From assembly GCF_018350175.1 (NCBI RefSeq), contig NC_058382.1, forward strand, positions 58,778,001-58,842,000: a DNA stretch of 64,000 bases. The letters are read 5' to 3'. This document shows, in pieces, positions 11,991 through 25,659 of this stretch. The notes under the pieces are model-generated. The model saw only the letters and a program-made list of their open reading frames with translations. It had not been told where the DNA came from and made no database searches. The stretch comes from Felis catus. Its lineage: Eukaryota. The translations under genes and the position numbers were made by a program. Position 1 is the first letter of the stretch; each line of letters starts with the position of its first letter.

Positions 11991-13720
11991 TGAGCTCGTC
12001 CTCCCTGCCCCCGGCTCCCAGTGAGTCGTGGAAAGGCTCCAGGAGCACGAAACCAACAGGGGATGAGGGGTCTGTGCACGATCCACTGTCCCCCCTGTAG
12101 GAAGGGTCTAGAAGGGGAGTTGAGAAACGCAGCTGGCATCTGGCTCTGTTCTGAGCCTCGTGGGCAGCGTGGGGGGAGGGAGGGGGCTCACGGGAGGGGC
12201 TGCGGCCCCCCAGCGTCCTCTCCTCTGACTGGAGATGCCCGACACAGAGGCTGCGAAGGCGCCGTTCCACCCTTCCGGGTGCTGGGAGCTGTTTGCCGGT
12301 CCCACCTGAGCCCTCCCCACCGTCTCAAGTGCACGACACCTGCAGGTGGGGGAGGAAGTGGCAGGAGGCCGAGGCTCCAGGGACAGTGCTGGCTTTGTCA
12401 TCCTCAAGGACCCCAGTCCCCACTGTGTTCGTGTGGAGGACGAGCCGGAGGCTGGAGGTCGGGGAGAAGAGGAGAAGGAGCCACAGGAGGGAGGGAGGAG
12501 GGGAGCGAGGCCGCGTACTTGTCATTCCGTGTCCGTGATCCCGGGCCCACGCCCGGCTGCCCCTGCCCTTGTCACCCCTCGAGCCCGCGGGACCCTCGGA
12601 AAACCCTCCCAGGCGGGGAGCACCGCAAGGGCTTAGAGGCTGGCGGATCATCTGCTTTGGGTTAAAATGAAATGAAATCAGCTTTGCGGGGAGAAGAAGA
12701 AAGTGATAAGCTGGGGAGTCAGAGCGCAGGGCAGGAGGCGGCCTGTCCGCGATGACCCGAGTCCGTTCCCCGACCCCCGCTGTGACACGACACCATGGTG
12801 GCGGCGGTGAGAGCGTCTCGGCCCCGGGGGCTTGTCAGGGACACGGTCCCGCCTGGGTCCCGCAAGCCCGGTGTGGCCTCCTGGAAACCAAGTTCCTGGA
12901 CGGCCGACGGTGCTTTATTGTGCAAACATCGCCCGACGTGGTCACCAGGCTGGTAACAGGAGACAGTTGGCCTCCTAGTTTGACCTTTCACCCCCTCTTT
13001 ACTAAATAGGCCTAATTATTGCATTTGTCTGTCATTTGAGCCACAAATGATCCATTCAGGTCATGGGGGGCGGCCGCACTTTTCTGCCCCTGTCTGGAGA
13101 GCTCCACTAATTGTATCCTTCAGAGGAAGTTTAGCAGGAGGCTGGGTCTGCCCCCCGCGCTTCCGGGGAGGGGACAGTGCAGGGGATGCCGTCCCACCAA
13201 AGCCCTGGGCTCAGTCTCTCCGCCACCAAGGAGGGAGGCTGGCTCTTCCTTCTGGGGTCCCGCGGTTTGAACTCCAGTCCCGCGTGGGCCCGTGGCTTCC
13301 CTTCCCACAGCCCGGCCCCATGCTCACGGTGGGCCCCACGGCCACGGCACTTGCCGGTGACCCCTCTCCCTTCTGTGCACGACATGTCCCAGGCTCCTTG
13401 CTGTTAGGTGGCCACCTGACCGAGCTCTGGCCGATGGCGTGTAAGTGGGGCGGTACGTGCCCCCTCCAGCCCGGACCATCAAACCCCCTATTCCCAGTCC
13501 CCACCGGGTTTCCCACCTGCTGCCTCTAAGCGCCCGGAGGAGGGGGAGCCACAAAATGGAAGCCTGGGTCTCTGACGGACCCAGTGCAGCACCCCACCCC
13601 ACCCCACCCCACCGCTCAATCGGTGCCATACCGTGATATGAGCACAAAACATCATTTATTTTATCAAGTTTCTGAGAGTTGGAGTTTATTTCAGCACCTT
13701 GCCTACCTGATTTAGAAAAC

Positions 13721-13929
13721 TTTTTTTTAATATTTATTTTTGAGAGAGAGCAAGAGACAACATGTGAGCAAGGGAGGGGCAGAGAGAGAGGGAGACACAG
13801 AATCCGAAGCAGGCTCCAGGATCCAAGCTGTCAGCACAGAGCCCGACGCGGGGCTCGAACTCACAAACCGTGAGATCATGACCTGAGCCGATGTCGGATG
13901 CTCAACCGACTGAGCCACCTAGTGCCCCC
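13721..13929 (-). mobile_element. CAN-SINE, full length
   Basis: gggagacacagaatccgaagcaggctccagg…ctcaaccgactgagccacc. Confidence 0.96.
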
Positions 13930-13999
13930 CTGATTAATCTACTTAGTAATACAATCCCATGTTTATCCCAGGAGGTAATGTACTCACTGAAGGGACTGT

Positions 14000-14350
14000 A
14001 ATTTGCTAGCCCCCCTTACAGCGAGGGTCGGCTAAGGAAACGTATGAATCTTACTGGGTGGGACAGCTGGAAAAGCTCCTTGAGAAATAAACAGACAAAT
14101 AGTACATTTCCTTTGCTCCCTGCTGCCTGGAATGCAAACATGATGGTTGAAGCTCTGGCAGCTATCTTGAACCATGAAGTCTAAGGGTAGAGCAAATGAT
14201 GAAAGGAATCTGAGTCCCCGACAACTGTATTGACCCGGGACTCCCTATTTTTACACTTGTTTTCCTAACGAGAAAAATAAGCTTTTATATGTTACAATCA
14301 CCACTATTTTGGGTTTTAGGTTAAATGCATCTCACCCAGTCCTAACACCT
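14000..14350 (+). mobile_element. MLT1 (J/K-like) MaLR LTR remnant
   Basis: ctgcctggaatgcaaacatgatggttgaagctctggcagctatcttgaaccatga…gagaaaaataagc. Confidence 0.7.
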
Positions 14351-15599
14351 ATATGGCTTACCTATAGAAAGGTAGAACCCTTGCAGAGGCTAAGTGAGGG
14401 GATGTCATGTGCGTGAAGAAGACGGTCCACGGCCAGAGCAACGTAAGCTGTCTAATTCGGACGGAGCTTTTGGCCCCATCATCGCAGGGGTGAGTAATTA
14501 TCTGCTCACGAGAGGCAGCAGCTTCACCGCTCCCTGAGTCTCTTCTGTGAAATGGAGATAAAAATGCACGGACAGAAGGCCACCCCCTTGCCTGGACTCC
14601 AAGAAGCTCCTGCTTCTTCCCCCCGTCCACTCCACACTCTCCTCGCGGCCTGTGCCTGCCCTCTGAGACGCCCTCCTGCGTCCTCAGATGCTCACGGCAT
14701 TGCCTGGGATGACCCTGACTCCCTGTGTCACAGCCGATCAGCACTCTGGCCACCGGGTAGTCACGCAGCCCCAGAGATGCTATTTCCCCAGCGCGGGCAA
14801 GCTTCCGGTTGGTCCCTTATTTACCCCCGGCACCTCCTCAGAGGTATAAACGAAGCAAAGGTCCTGACAAGGAGCCTCTTAACCTAGTTTTCCCTTAACA
14901 GGAGTTGAGATTGAGCCTGGAATTCAAGAAAGCAAAGATGTTGAGGAGTTGACATCCGTACACAGCTACGTGCTAACATCTAACCGCACAGTTGCCCTCT
15001 TTGTTCTTTGTGGACTGTCAGTAGAAATTGCGGAAGAAAACATCCAGGACGCTCTCAATTTTGAGCAGCTGGGTACAGTCATACAGGTCGTCCACTGCAC
15101 AAGGCGCCTAGCCAAGGCAGCGAGTGGGTAGCCCACGCTGCACTCACAAGACTTACACATGGCTCAGGGGGGGCAAAGCATCTTCTCCTACTTTGCACAA
15201 AGATGCTATATGGGCTTACCTCACCAGCAGAGCGTCACCTTTGTGTGGTTTCTACCTCTTTGTGTTCATCGAGGCTTCCAAATGCGAAGCAAAGCGTTGA
15301 AAGCGTGTCCCCGGGGGGGTGTGGGGCCCGCCCTGGAGCTTAAGCATTCCTGCCCTCGTGCACCAGGGCTGTGCTCCCCTCATCTGTGAGCGGAGCTCTC
15401 TTCATCCTCCAACCCTCCGAGTCCACCAGCTGGGCTTCACTTGCCGGGGCCTGAGGCGAAGTTTCAGGCGGATAGTTGGTGGGGTGAACACGAGCCCCGT
15501 TGCTAGCACGTTGCTTAGGCCATCGCCCATGCCCCGAGTCCAAGAAGCCTGTGCCTGGACCTATTCGTGGGTCCTCTCGGCGGTCTGTTCCTGAGAAGA

Positions 15600-16648
15600 G
15601 TGCCTTACATTTCGTGCATAGCAGGTGCACGGAAACAGAGACGGTGCCGGGGTACAAATCAGATGACGTAAATACCAGTTGTGGGGTGCAAGTATGCAGC
15701 AAGAAGGGGGTCAAATCTGTATGGGGAGAGGGGCTCATCCCAAGGCGCGGCGGGGAGAGTTCAAGATGAGCCTGAGGCATCCCGTCGTGATGGACGCAGG
15801 GAAGAGCTTGGTGAGTACCGGGGACACGTCAAAGTCACCTGCAGGGGCTCCCGCGGGCCCCATCTAGGACAACTGGAGCGAGACCACCGATGCTGGGATT
15901 AGCGGGTTATAACCCTGGGAATAGAGGTGGAAAAGGAAAAGCCACTACAAATGTAGAAGGAAGGACGGGATACAGAAGTCAGCCACCCTCGTGGTACTCC
16001 GGTCACGCAAGATTACTGACGGGTCCGACACGGGCAGGAGAAATACGGCAGGGAGACGGGTGGGTGCACAGTCTCCAAGTATCGCTTACAGGACGCTTTA
16101 TCATTTACAGAGAGAGGAACAGCGACTTTACAGAGGAGAGGCACCCCCGGACCCGGGGGATCAGTGACTGTCACCAGTAATGGGACAAACGACATCATCG
16201 GTCTCTGATATGAGGCCCTGACGAGGACACAACGTCACCGTGGGGGTATTCCTGCCAAAGCATCATAAACTGAATCCAATCACGAGGAAACACCAGATAA
16301 ACCCAAACAGAGCCATTCAGCAAAATAACAGGCCTTCCTTCTTCAAAAAAGTCACATTCCTGAAAGACTGAAGTCTGAAGAATGTTCTGGAATAAAGGAG
16401 ATTAAAGAGACAGGATAACAGAATGTAACCTGTGCTCCTGGATCAGATCTTGAACCCTCCCCCCCAAAATATATATATTTACATATATTTTTATACATTT
16501 ATATATTTTAATGTATATTAATAGATTTATATACATAATAAATATATGGATGCACACACAGTGTCCTTGTTCCTATACAGGAACACATAGAACTCTCTGT
16601 ACTGCTTTGGTAACTTTTCTGAAGATCCAAAGTTATTTCAAAATAAAG
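15600..16648 (+). mobile_element. L1MC4-like LINE 3' UTR remnant
   Basis: tcaccagtaatgggacaaa…attcctgccaaa…ctgaatccaatcacgaggaaacaccagataaacccaaa…gttatttcaaaataaa; best match from 16070 onward. Confidence 0.75.
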
Positions 16649-18789
16649 GGCTCATGACTGACCGAATGAATGAGTGAATGTGTGTGCGCACAGCCTCCTC
16701 CCCTGCAGGGCCCCCCAGCAATCCTTCCGGGCCCCTGGGGTACTCTGTCCCTGACAGCTGACGCTCCCAGGGAGCTTCTCCGTGTCTGCGTGTCCGGGCC
16801 CCTGCACAACAAGACCGATGGCTTAAGGGGGGACCCAGGACATACACACACAGACACGCATTCCTTGACTTGAAAAGGCTCCAGTCGTGGGCGCGGCCAG
16901 GCCAGTTATCTGGAATGAACAAATGCGAGAGCGAAGCAGAAAGCAGAACCGTGGTAAATCGGGTTGGACGGTGGACCCCCCAACCTGCAGCCCCGGTGGG
17001 CCCCCCCCCCCCGCTTTCCTAGCCGCTGGGCTCCGCGTGAATGTGTCCACGAACACGAAGCTTCTCCTCCAGCTCTTTTCGTGTCTGTGGGGTGCCCACC
17101 CCCGCTCTCAGGGCCCTCGTGGGTGTCGCACGCGGTGCCAGGGTTCCCGCTATCACGATTCAAGTCGAACCAAAGCAAAGGTGCCCCGGAGCCCGGAATG
17201 CACGAGGGCGGAGGGGGTAGGAACTCCCCAGATGCTTCCCCAGCTTAGCCCAAAGGAATCCAATTCCTGTCTCCCAACAAAACTGGGTCACTGACGACAG
17301 AAGTCAACCAAGTTGGTCGAATGACTCAGAGCCCAAGAATCGTCTATGTCATGGCCATCGGGCCATTTTGGACGGTTATGTTACCGTAATTCTTGTGATA
17401 GCCATCGACAAAGTAAGGCTGAGGCAGGGCTCTAGGACTGAGGCCCCAAGGCGACCGACGGGGCCGTGTGCCAACGCGACTGCTTGCCAGCAACAGATTA
17501 TTGAACAGTCACCCGGGGACACGTCCAAAGCGGCTGGTGATCTCAGGTAATTGGATTTGGAGGACCGGCTGGCCTTGGCACGAAGCGTGGAGTCCTGCCG
17601 GATTCCCCCAGCCGTGGGGACACGGACCAGAGGCTTCCCCCGTGACCAGACTCCTGGCGAACTCACGCGGCTGAGAGGTCGACGGCACGAGACCTCTTCC
17701 CCACGTCACCCCGCGAAGAAGATGCTGTAATGTTTTGGGGGAGAAAACAGACCATGCGGCGTTTGGCTCCTTTCCCACCATCTGTTTTCTCTTTGGCTGC
17801 TTGGGAAGAGGGAAGTGAACACGTGACACGTTTTTGCTGGACGGCGTGTTGTGGGGACCGAGAGACGGGGGTGTTCACAGATCAGGGCCACCTTCTGAGG
17901 ACAGGACGACACCATCCCGGGACAAGAAGGCAGGGTTGGGGTCTCCCGCCCCAGCACTTACCGGTCCCCTACAAGTCCCGCCTCTGGTCACGCTCCCCCC
18001 CAGCCTTGCGGGTGACGGGGGCTTGACCCTTGCCAGGGCCCCACACACGAGCAGGTAGGTAATCCCAGGCCCCCCCGCCTCCCTGCCTTCCAGGGAAACC
18101 CCATCGTAGTGACTGCGGCCACCCCATCCCCCACACCCGCTTTGAGAGCCCTCGTTATCGTGAGCGAGAACTTCGAAATGAAGGCCGAAACACCCCCCTC
18201 CATGAACTCTGCACCTGTGTCTCAGTGACTCGGCCGAGCCCGGGGCAAGGTCACCCCGTCAGGGAGAGCTGTGTCACCATGGAAACTGCTTCCGCCCCCA
18301 GAACTGACATTCCAGAGCAGTTCGTGAACGCTGAATCAGCAGCAAGGTTGCCCAGACCCCTGACGCGCGTTTCGGTCGGAAGGCCCTGAAGGCCGCCCGC
18401 AGGCCTCCCCTGGCTGTGCACTCGCTTCTGGAGCCCCGGGCTGCCCCGGCAGCCGGGACACGGGCGGCTTCCGCCCTCAGAGGCTTCGAGCCTGAGAAAC
18501 GCCTCTTTCCGACCCCTCAGCCAGGCCGGCTGTGCGGAAAAGTCCCCCGGAAGGAGCTGAGGCAGGCACGGGTTGAGCCGAAGCGTTTGGTTTTACAGGT
18601 GTGGCGGCCCATGATGTCCCCTAGGGGATAAGGACCCGATTTACAAGACTTGATCTGCAACCGTCTCTGGAAGTCGAAGGGGTTGTGTGGGAGGGGGGCG
18701 GGGGGAAGGGCAAGTTCTCTTGGTTCACCCGTCCTCTACCTTCCCTACTCCGTGGCCAGCCTTGTGCCTTCCTCCCTCGCATGACTTGG

Positions 18790-19265
18790 TAACAGACCCC
18801 TGACTTCGTTCAGGTACGCGGTTGCCATGTTCTTCCGGTGACCTGACCCCTCCCTAGCGCTCCCCTCGGTCTAACCCAATCAGGCTCATTCCACGGTCTG
18901 TCAGCAGCATTTGCTTTCCACGTGGGTGCAACAGGCAACTCTGGCCACTTGAGGACGGCGGTGTGGTGCCAGCTGGGAGCCCGTGGGGACAGGATCTCCT
19001 CCCTAACACAGAGGCGCAGGGGAAATGGTGCCACCCACCAGCTCTTGGATGTTGTGTGAACGATGCGTATGTGAAGCTTCTGCAGCCACTTTGTGACCAT
19101 GAGGGTCTGAGCTGAGGACAAATCCAACAGGCTGAAAACGGCAGAAAGGAAGGGCAGAGCGGGAAAGCCAAATTAACCACCCCTAGAATCACCTGATCTT
19201 GAGACAGTTCCTGCGTGAGATAATTTCTCTTATTGTTTAAGCCTTTAAATTGTGAGTTCTGCTAC
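18790..19265 (+). mobile_element. MLT1 (J/K-like) LTR remnant
   Basis: gcagccactttgtgaccatgagg…gtgagataatttctcttattgtttaagcc. Confidence 0.7.
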
Positions 19266-21714
19266 CGTATGGGGGAGAGCGATTCCTCCCCTCCCCGATG
19301 TTTCCTTCCACATGGAAGGAGCCCATTCACGGAACACTCCTGGCATCTCTGCTTTCTCACCCAGCCCTTCCTTCCCAGGGCTGCTGAAGTTAGAGCCAGA
19401 AGCTGGGTGTGCTTAGCCCGGCCCCCCTGCCTCCTCTGTCTCTCGGGAGGAAACTGCACGGGAAGTATGCATTCCGCTTTGTTCCTTGGCGTTCTAAGCT
19501 TTGCAGGGACAGGTTTCCGAGAGGGGAGGCCCGGGTTGGTCCAGGGCTGCCTGTGACGGGGGGGGACAGATCTGCCTAAACCTGAGACTGGGTATCAGAA
19601 CGAACTTGACCTGCAGATACACGGCGCACTGTAACTCACCAGCATCCATCAAGAAAAGGGGGTGTCCCTTCTGCTTCCCTCTTGTTTTGTTCTCAACAGG
19701 TTAACGACTAGTTAGGAGGTGATGCGCCACACCCCTCCCCTGCCCGCATCTGAGCCCTGGATCCGACCCTGTCCTGGGTTTGGGCCTGGCTGCCAGCCCC
19801 AAGGCTGGCAACCTAGGGATTCGGGTGGGTGATTATCGGACCCTGGCTGTCTTTGAGTTCACATTCGCTCTCCCACCTGGAGAGTGTCCTTGACGGGCAG
19901 ACATGGCGGGAGGTCATTTGGAAGGGCAGCGCCCAAGCATCGCTGGGTTTCTGTCCAACCTGGTCCAGTGACAACTTCATCTACACCTCAGTGGCCCTTT
20001 CTAGGCATGCTTCCTGCTGCTGGCGTGGCCTCTCTGGGTCAGTGGCGGTGGCTGTGTGGACAGCCTCCGTTGGCCCAGCCGGTTGGCCGCTGGCTGGCAC
20101 GCAGCTCATCCATCGGCCGTGGAAGTGGAGACTCTCGGGAGGCCGTGAGGTGGGCGACACGGAGGGGCCATCAGGGGGTGGTGGGCGTGTGGCCTTTCAG
20201 GCCGGACATGGAGATGGTGACGGGACAGCCAAGGTCCTGACAAGGTGTGTGAGCAAGAAGGAAGCTGACGGAGAGGAGAGGAAGCCGGCACACGGAGCGG
20301 CAGGGGCAGGAATGTAGCCACCGAGCTTCCTCTTATGACCCAGACGAAGAGACAGAGGTCAGATACTTCCTCGCATCGGCAACAATGAAAAACATTGAGG
20401 AATGTGAGGTGAGAGCCTGGCCACGGCGGGGGGGGGGGGGTGGAAAGAAGGGTGTTGCCTGAGAAACAGAGGCAGGCCTGCCATGGCCTGTCCTGCAGCA
20501 GGACCGGGGTCCTTCCTCCTCCGCGCAGGCTCCGGGCCGTGTCCCTTCACCTGCCCTGGGTGGTGACAGCCCACGGCGCCCCCCCCAGCCCCTCTGCCCT
20601 GCAGTCCCCATGCCCTGTCCTCAGCTTTGTCAGCGGTCCTTTTGTGCAGCTCCCCCAGAGCCCCCGGATTGAAGGACCACCGTCCCGGGCCCCCAGGATG
20701 CCTGACAACACGCCCTCCACTCGCTTAGGGAGCCCTTCAAAATTCACTTCTCCAAGTGCACGATCCTATTTGCAGAGCAGAGCTTGCAGAACCCGAAATC
20801 TGTTTGAAGCCGGCGGCTTTTGGGAGTCCCCGTCCCGACTCAGAGGCGTTAACGTTCGCTGGGGTCGGGCCCCCGTCGTCTGGGGCGGGCAGAGCTCTGC
20901 TGAACTCCGGGACCCTGGGCGGGCCCCTCCGTCTCTTAGGGTTTAATTTCCTTTGAAAAGTCAGGGTGGGTTGGAGTCCTCACCAATAATAAAAGGAGCA
21001 AAACCACGAACAGCCTGCTGCCACAGCGGCCCAGCCTCCCCCCTGCGCTGCCCGCCACACTATCTTTGTGCTTGTGCAGGTACGTGGGAGCGCTTCCTGG
21101 AGGTGTTTGTGAGGCCAGCGGGGTGGCCAGCGTCAGGGGCGGTGCGCCGTGGGGGAGGGACAGTTCCACACGGACCCTGTTTCTGTACTGTTGTCCCTGA
21201 AATAGAACGGCCCGATCCTGTCCAGTTCGCATCCCGGCGGCTTCACCTCCCGGAGGGTTCCTGGCCGCGAAGGAAGGACTTCCCTTGTCCCCTGGTTTCC
21301 TTACCAGGCTTCCTCAGACCCCGCTCGGGGGAATGCCGGCTTGGCAGGAAGACACAAGCGGCCAAGGTCTTTCTGGCCGCGGGCCCCGCGTCGGTCCTTG
21401 CGGTTCCTGCTCAGTGACCGGACGGGACGTGGCCTCACAGGCCCACAGAGGCTGCGCGGTGTCTCCTTTTGCCCAGTCATCCCTCCCTCAGGCCCGCTTC
21501 CTCAAAGCACGTGGGGAATGGAGGGGGAAGGGTGCATCCTGCCAGGGATCACGTGTTCAGCTCATCCTGTCACCGTAAGGAACAGGAGGGTGGAAGGTGT
21601 AGGGGGTCCTCGGGAGTCGCACGGGTCTGCCTTCAAGCCTCGTGTCGGCCCCTAACTAGCTGTGAACTTGGAACACACTTAGCGATCGGGGAACTGACTG
21701 CATATATGACCTTC

Positions 21715-21865
21715 TAATTAAATGTAAGACACCCAGGTCACTCTGAATGGCCAAGAAACAATGAATGACTTTTTTGGTACAGCATGGGACACCCTTTTAT
21801 AAAAACGGTTTGTTGTTTACCTAGAATTCAAAGTTACCCGGGTCTCCTGCATTTTGCTGGCTGTC
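21715..21865. mobile_element. MER53-like palindromic hAT MITE
   Basis: Arms 21720-21748 and 21826-21854 are reverse complements at 23/29 positions; resembles MER53 as recalled. Confidence 0.7.
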
Positions 21866-21999
21866 TCCGCGAGCCCGGCTGTATACCGTGTGGCGGGCAC
21901 ACGGCCAGGGTTGCCTCCCCTACGCGGACTCATTCGACAAATAACGCGAGTCCACGGTGGGCCAGGCCCTGGGGATGCAGCGGGGAGCAAGACGGTGCC

Positions 22000-22450
22000 C
22001 GTTTCCTGTGGCTCCTGAAACAAACACCACGGATTTAGTGGTTTAAATGATACATGTGCTCTCCTACGGTCTGGAGGTCGGAGATATGGCGTCGTCTCAC
22101 TGGGCTACAATCAAGGCGCTTACAGGGCTGGCTCCTTCGGGAAGGTCGAGGCGAGACTCTGGTTCCGGCCTTTTCCAGCCCCCGAGGCGCCGCATCCTGG
22201 TCCACCACCTTCACGGCCCGCCAGAGTGGGTCCAGTCCTCTCCCACCTCCAACTTCCACGACCCTGCTCTCTTCTGTCCCCTTCTTCCGCTTCCAAGGAC
22301 CCCCGTGGTTACCTCGGGGACACCAAGTATTCCGGCACAAGCTCCCGGGTTCAAGGTCAGCTGATTAGCAGCCCCAGCTGCCCTGTGCCTTAGGGGATGG
22401 CCTCTTCGCAGGCTCCGGGGACCAGGATGTGATGTCTCCCAGGGTCTTCA
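22000..22450 (-). mobile_element. MLT1D-like LTR
   Basis: tttcctgtggct…tagtggtttaaa…ctcactgggctacaatcaagg…aaggtcagctgattagca. Confidence 0.8.
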
Positions 22451-22809
22451 CTCTGCTAACAGTCTCTGATCGCACGGGGCTCACGTCCGAGGCGGGAGAG
22501 GCAGGCCATCAACAAGCCACAACAACGCAGGGCCCCCTCCTCCTCGGTTTGTGCGTGCCCAGCCCTCCCCCAACCCAGGGGCCCCTGGCACGATCTCAGC
22601 TTGCGGGTCACAGAGTCAAAATACGAACTCGAGACGCAGACTAAATAAAAACAGGCAATGCTGGAAAGGAAAAAGCAGGGTGACCGGCTGGCCTTCCCGA
22701 AGCTGGATGCCAGCCTCACCGGGAAGCCCGCCTCGGGGCGCAAACCGAGGAGAATGTGTGTGGGGGCCACCAAAACGCACGTGCTGGCGCGTGCGGGCCC
22801 TGTGCCTCC

Positions 22810-23620
22810 TGACCCCCAACGACCAGAAGCCGCTCAAAGGCCCTTCGTCGCTAAACGAGTGAATACGATGCAATGTATCGACGCAAGAACGAACATCTCC
22901 TGCTGCGCACGGGAACGCGGCTGGTTAACGTGACGCGGACGGGACGTACCGCCGAGCCGACAGGCGACCCGGATCCGCGCTCCAACCGTGTGGGTGTCGG
23001 GCTGCGAACACGCGGCTGAGCCCAGGCCGCTTCGCCCTGTGCGCCTGGAGTTGGCGGAAAGAGAGGTGTGCGCTCCAGCCGGAAGGGCTCCGGACGTGCG
23101 CACGGCCGCCCTGGTGGGAGCCGGCACCGAGCTGCTGGAGGGTCGCGCCTGGTTCTGCTCCCTCCCCGTCCTTCCCAGCTGCCAGCCTCGCAGACCACCC
23201 GCCACAGAAGCAGCTCTCGCCCACGGACTCCTCTGCCTGCGCTCCCATCCGACAGCCCACGTGGGAGCCTGCTTCCCCGCTTTCCCCACAAGCCACGCTG
23301 GTCCGCTGCAGGGACGCTCCCGGAAGGCTGGGCAGGGCTTGTCTCTAACCCTCCGCAGCGCCTCCCACACCCACATACGGTCTAATCCCCGCAATAAATC
23401 CGTTACTGCACATCACTCATGGTGGCTGTGCCTTCCCAGCTGCATCGGGCCCGATAAGCCTTATCAGGAGGCGGGAGGGCGGGAGGCACAGCTGGAGGGG
23501 CGGGGGGGCTCTGGGGGCTGCAGGGGCTGGTCCCAGGGCTTTGTTTATTTGGGAAAATTCACCAAGCTGCATACCTGTGATTTGCACACCTTTCTGGACA
23601 TTTCAATACGCACTCTTGCG
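22810..23620 (+). mobile_element. Ancient L1M 3' remnant, strongly GC-shifted (internal part uncertain)
   Basis: tttgggaaaattcaccaagctgcatacctgtgatttgcacacctttctg is a typical L1MB/C end; upstream cagaagccgctcaaaggcccttcgtc resembles the ggaaacaacccaaatgtccatc motif. Confidence 0.5.
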
Positions 23621-24339
23621 ATGGGTGTTTGAAAGTTTTCCTACCATGGTTGTTTTCTGTCGGGGCGCCCGGTTCCCAAGTTCCCAGAGCAGATGCAAAA
23701 AGCACCCCGTGTCACTTAGTGGGTCTGCCAGGCTCCTGGGGTCAGAGGAAGGGACAGGGAGAGCCTTATCTGCTTGTGTGAATTCCCAGGCCCTGGCCGG
23801 CCCCCAGCCCAGGGCGGGGCTCAGTAAAGGTCTACTCCGCCAGCCAGCAACGGGCACAGAGCCCCTGGGAACCAGGACCTGGGAGGGTCTGGGAGGAGGG
23901 GCGCAGGGCGGTTCCCCTCCCTCCTGGAGCTGCATTTTTGCAGGGTGAGAGGCATCCCAAGCGAGTTCTTTGCATGTTACTAGTGTCTTATCTTGGGGGC
24001 ACTGCCCCAGAACCTAACAGAACTCATAAACCTCCTGAGGGACACTCGATGTGCTTTCCCACCAACTCTTACAGGGACTCTGGGAAAGACCTTTGCGTTT
24101 TGATTAAAAGAGACGGGAGGCCAGGAGGCAGGCCTGGGCTCCGACACAACTCAGCCTCGGAGCTCTCAGCCTCCTGCTAAGAAATGGCTTTTCTCCATTT
24201 AAAAGTTATTCCTAAGAGAGCCTTGCTCGCAGTCCCGTGCCAGCAGATTAACGCAGGCACACCTGCCCTCCCTGGGCTTTCTCTCCAGGTAGGGTGCAGA
24301 ATAAGCTCCTTGGAAAGTTACAGGCGTTTATTCGTATAT

Positions 24340-25200
24340 TTTCTATACATTTTTGCATTCGAGCAAAAAGTATTTACTTACTTATTATTATTTATTTTTA
24401 TAGATTTATTTATTGTGTTCTAGTAATTATTATGTTTTTATATACTACGTGAATAAGTACATAATATATATTATAATTTATTATTATATTCATATTCTAT
24501 AAAATGTTATTTTTAATTTATGTACTATATAGTTCATTATTCTATATAAATGTTTTTACATCTGTATTTGTATATATTTGTAATTATATACTTTATAATA
24601 TTTATATTGTAATTATAACTGATAAGTGTAATAAATATCATTTATTTATATGAAATTATATTTACAACCATACAAAGTATGGATATGTAACATAAACATA
24701 TTTATATAATGATAACAAGATAATTGATATGTTTAATTTATATACTATATGTAATATAATACAGACTTATATGTTTATTATTTTATTATTTTTAATGCTT
24801 TTATTTCCATTTGGGAGAGAGACAGAGTGCAAGCAGGGGAGGGGCAGGGAGAGCAGGGGACAGACGATCTGAAGTAGGCTCCATGCTGTCAGCACAGAGC
24901 CACATGCGGGGCTCGAACTTGAGAACTGTGAGATCACGACCTGAGCCCAAGTCAGACGTTTAAACGACTGAGCCACCCAGATGCCCCATACCTACTTATA
25001 TATTTATGTATCCTCTAGAAATAAGTGTTTTTATGTAGAACTATATTTAAATATAATATCTATATTACTATAGATATTAAATATATCTATTTATATATCT
25101 ATATATATTTATATATAAAGACATATTTATTTTATATTTATATACAAATATAAAATAAATATTTATATATATTAAATCTATATCTATATCTATATCTATA
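24340..25200. repeat. AT-rich low-complexity island (TA/TTA/ATATCT)
   Basis: Nearly pure A/T sequence on both sides of the SINE at 24780. Confidence 0.95.
24780..24987 (-). mobile_element. CAN-SINE inserted in the AT-rich island
   Basis: gctgtcagcacagagcc…gactgagccacccagatgcccc; degenerate TSD acttatat(g/a)ttta. Confidence 0.93.
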
Positions 25201-25659
25201 TCACTGTGCATCTGGCCCTCTACTCCCTGTCCTTTTGCAAATGTAAATTCTACCTGGTTGGAGCCAAAGGGCATGGAGTGTGGGGGCTCTACACCCCTTC
25301 AGGTAGCCCTCCAGGAAGAAATGCAAGGTCTTCTGGACGGAACACTGGCAGTCAGGAGTGGGTGGACCAGTCTGTGGGAAGATGGGGCACGGGGCCCTGG
25401 GGGGCTCAGGCCTGGACTTACAGCCAGGACACAGGGGTTTAGGAAGAGCCTCTGGGGGGAGATGTGGCCCGGGCGCTGTGCCCCGTCCCCTGCAGGAGGC
25501 CAGGCAGGGACGGAGAATCGGCACCTCTGGTGGGGGACCTGTGGGGACAGCACTGAGGAGTCCTGCTGCCTGGGCCTGGCCGCATTCCCAACCTTCCCTC
25601 AGGCTCCCATGGTTGAAAAGTGTCCCCTGAGAGCCCGAGGCCATGACTGCCCTCACCCC

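Noticed and set aside
13690..13710. REST/RE1 site (TTCAGCACC)
   Set aside because: Left half only; the GGACAG right half is absent.
13727..13918. Recurrent short ORF family MAQSV…SAQVMIS…SSPASGSVLTA
   Set aside because: Conceptual translation of CAN-SINEs, not a gene family.
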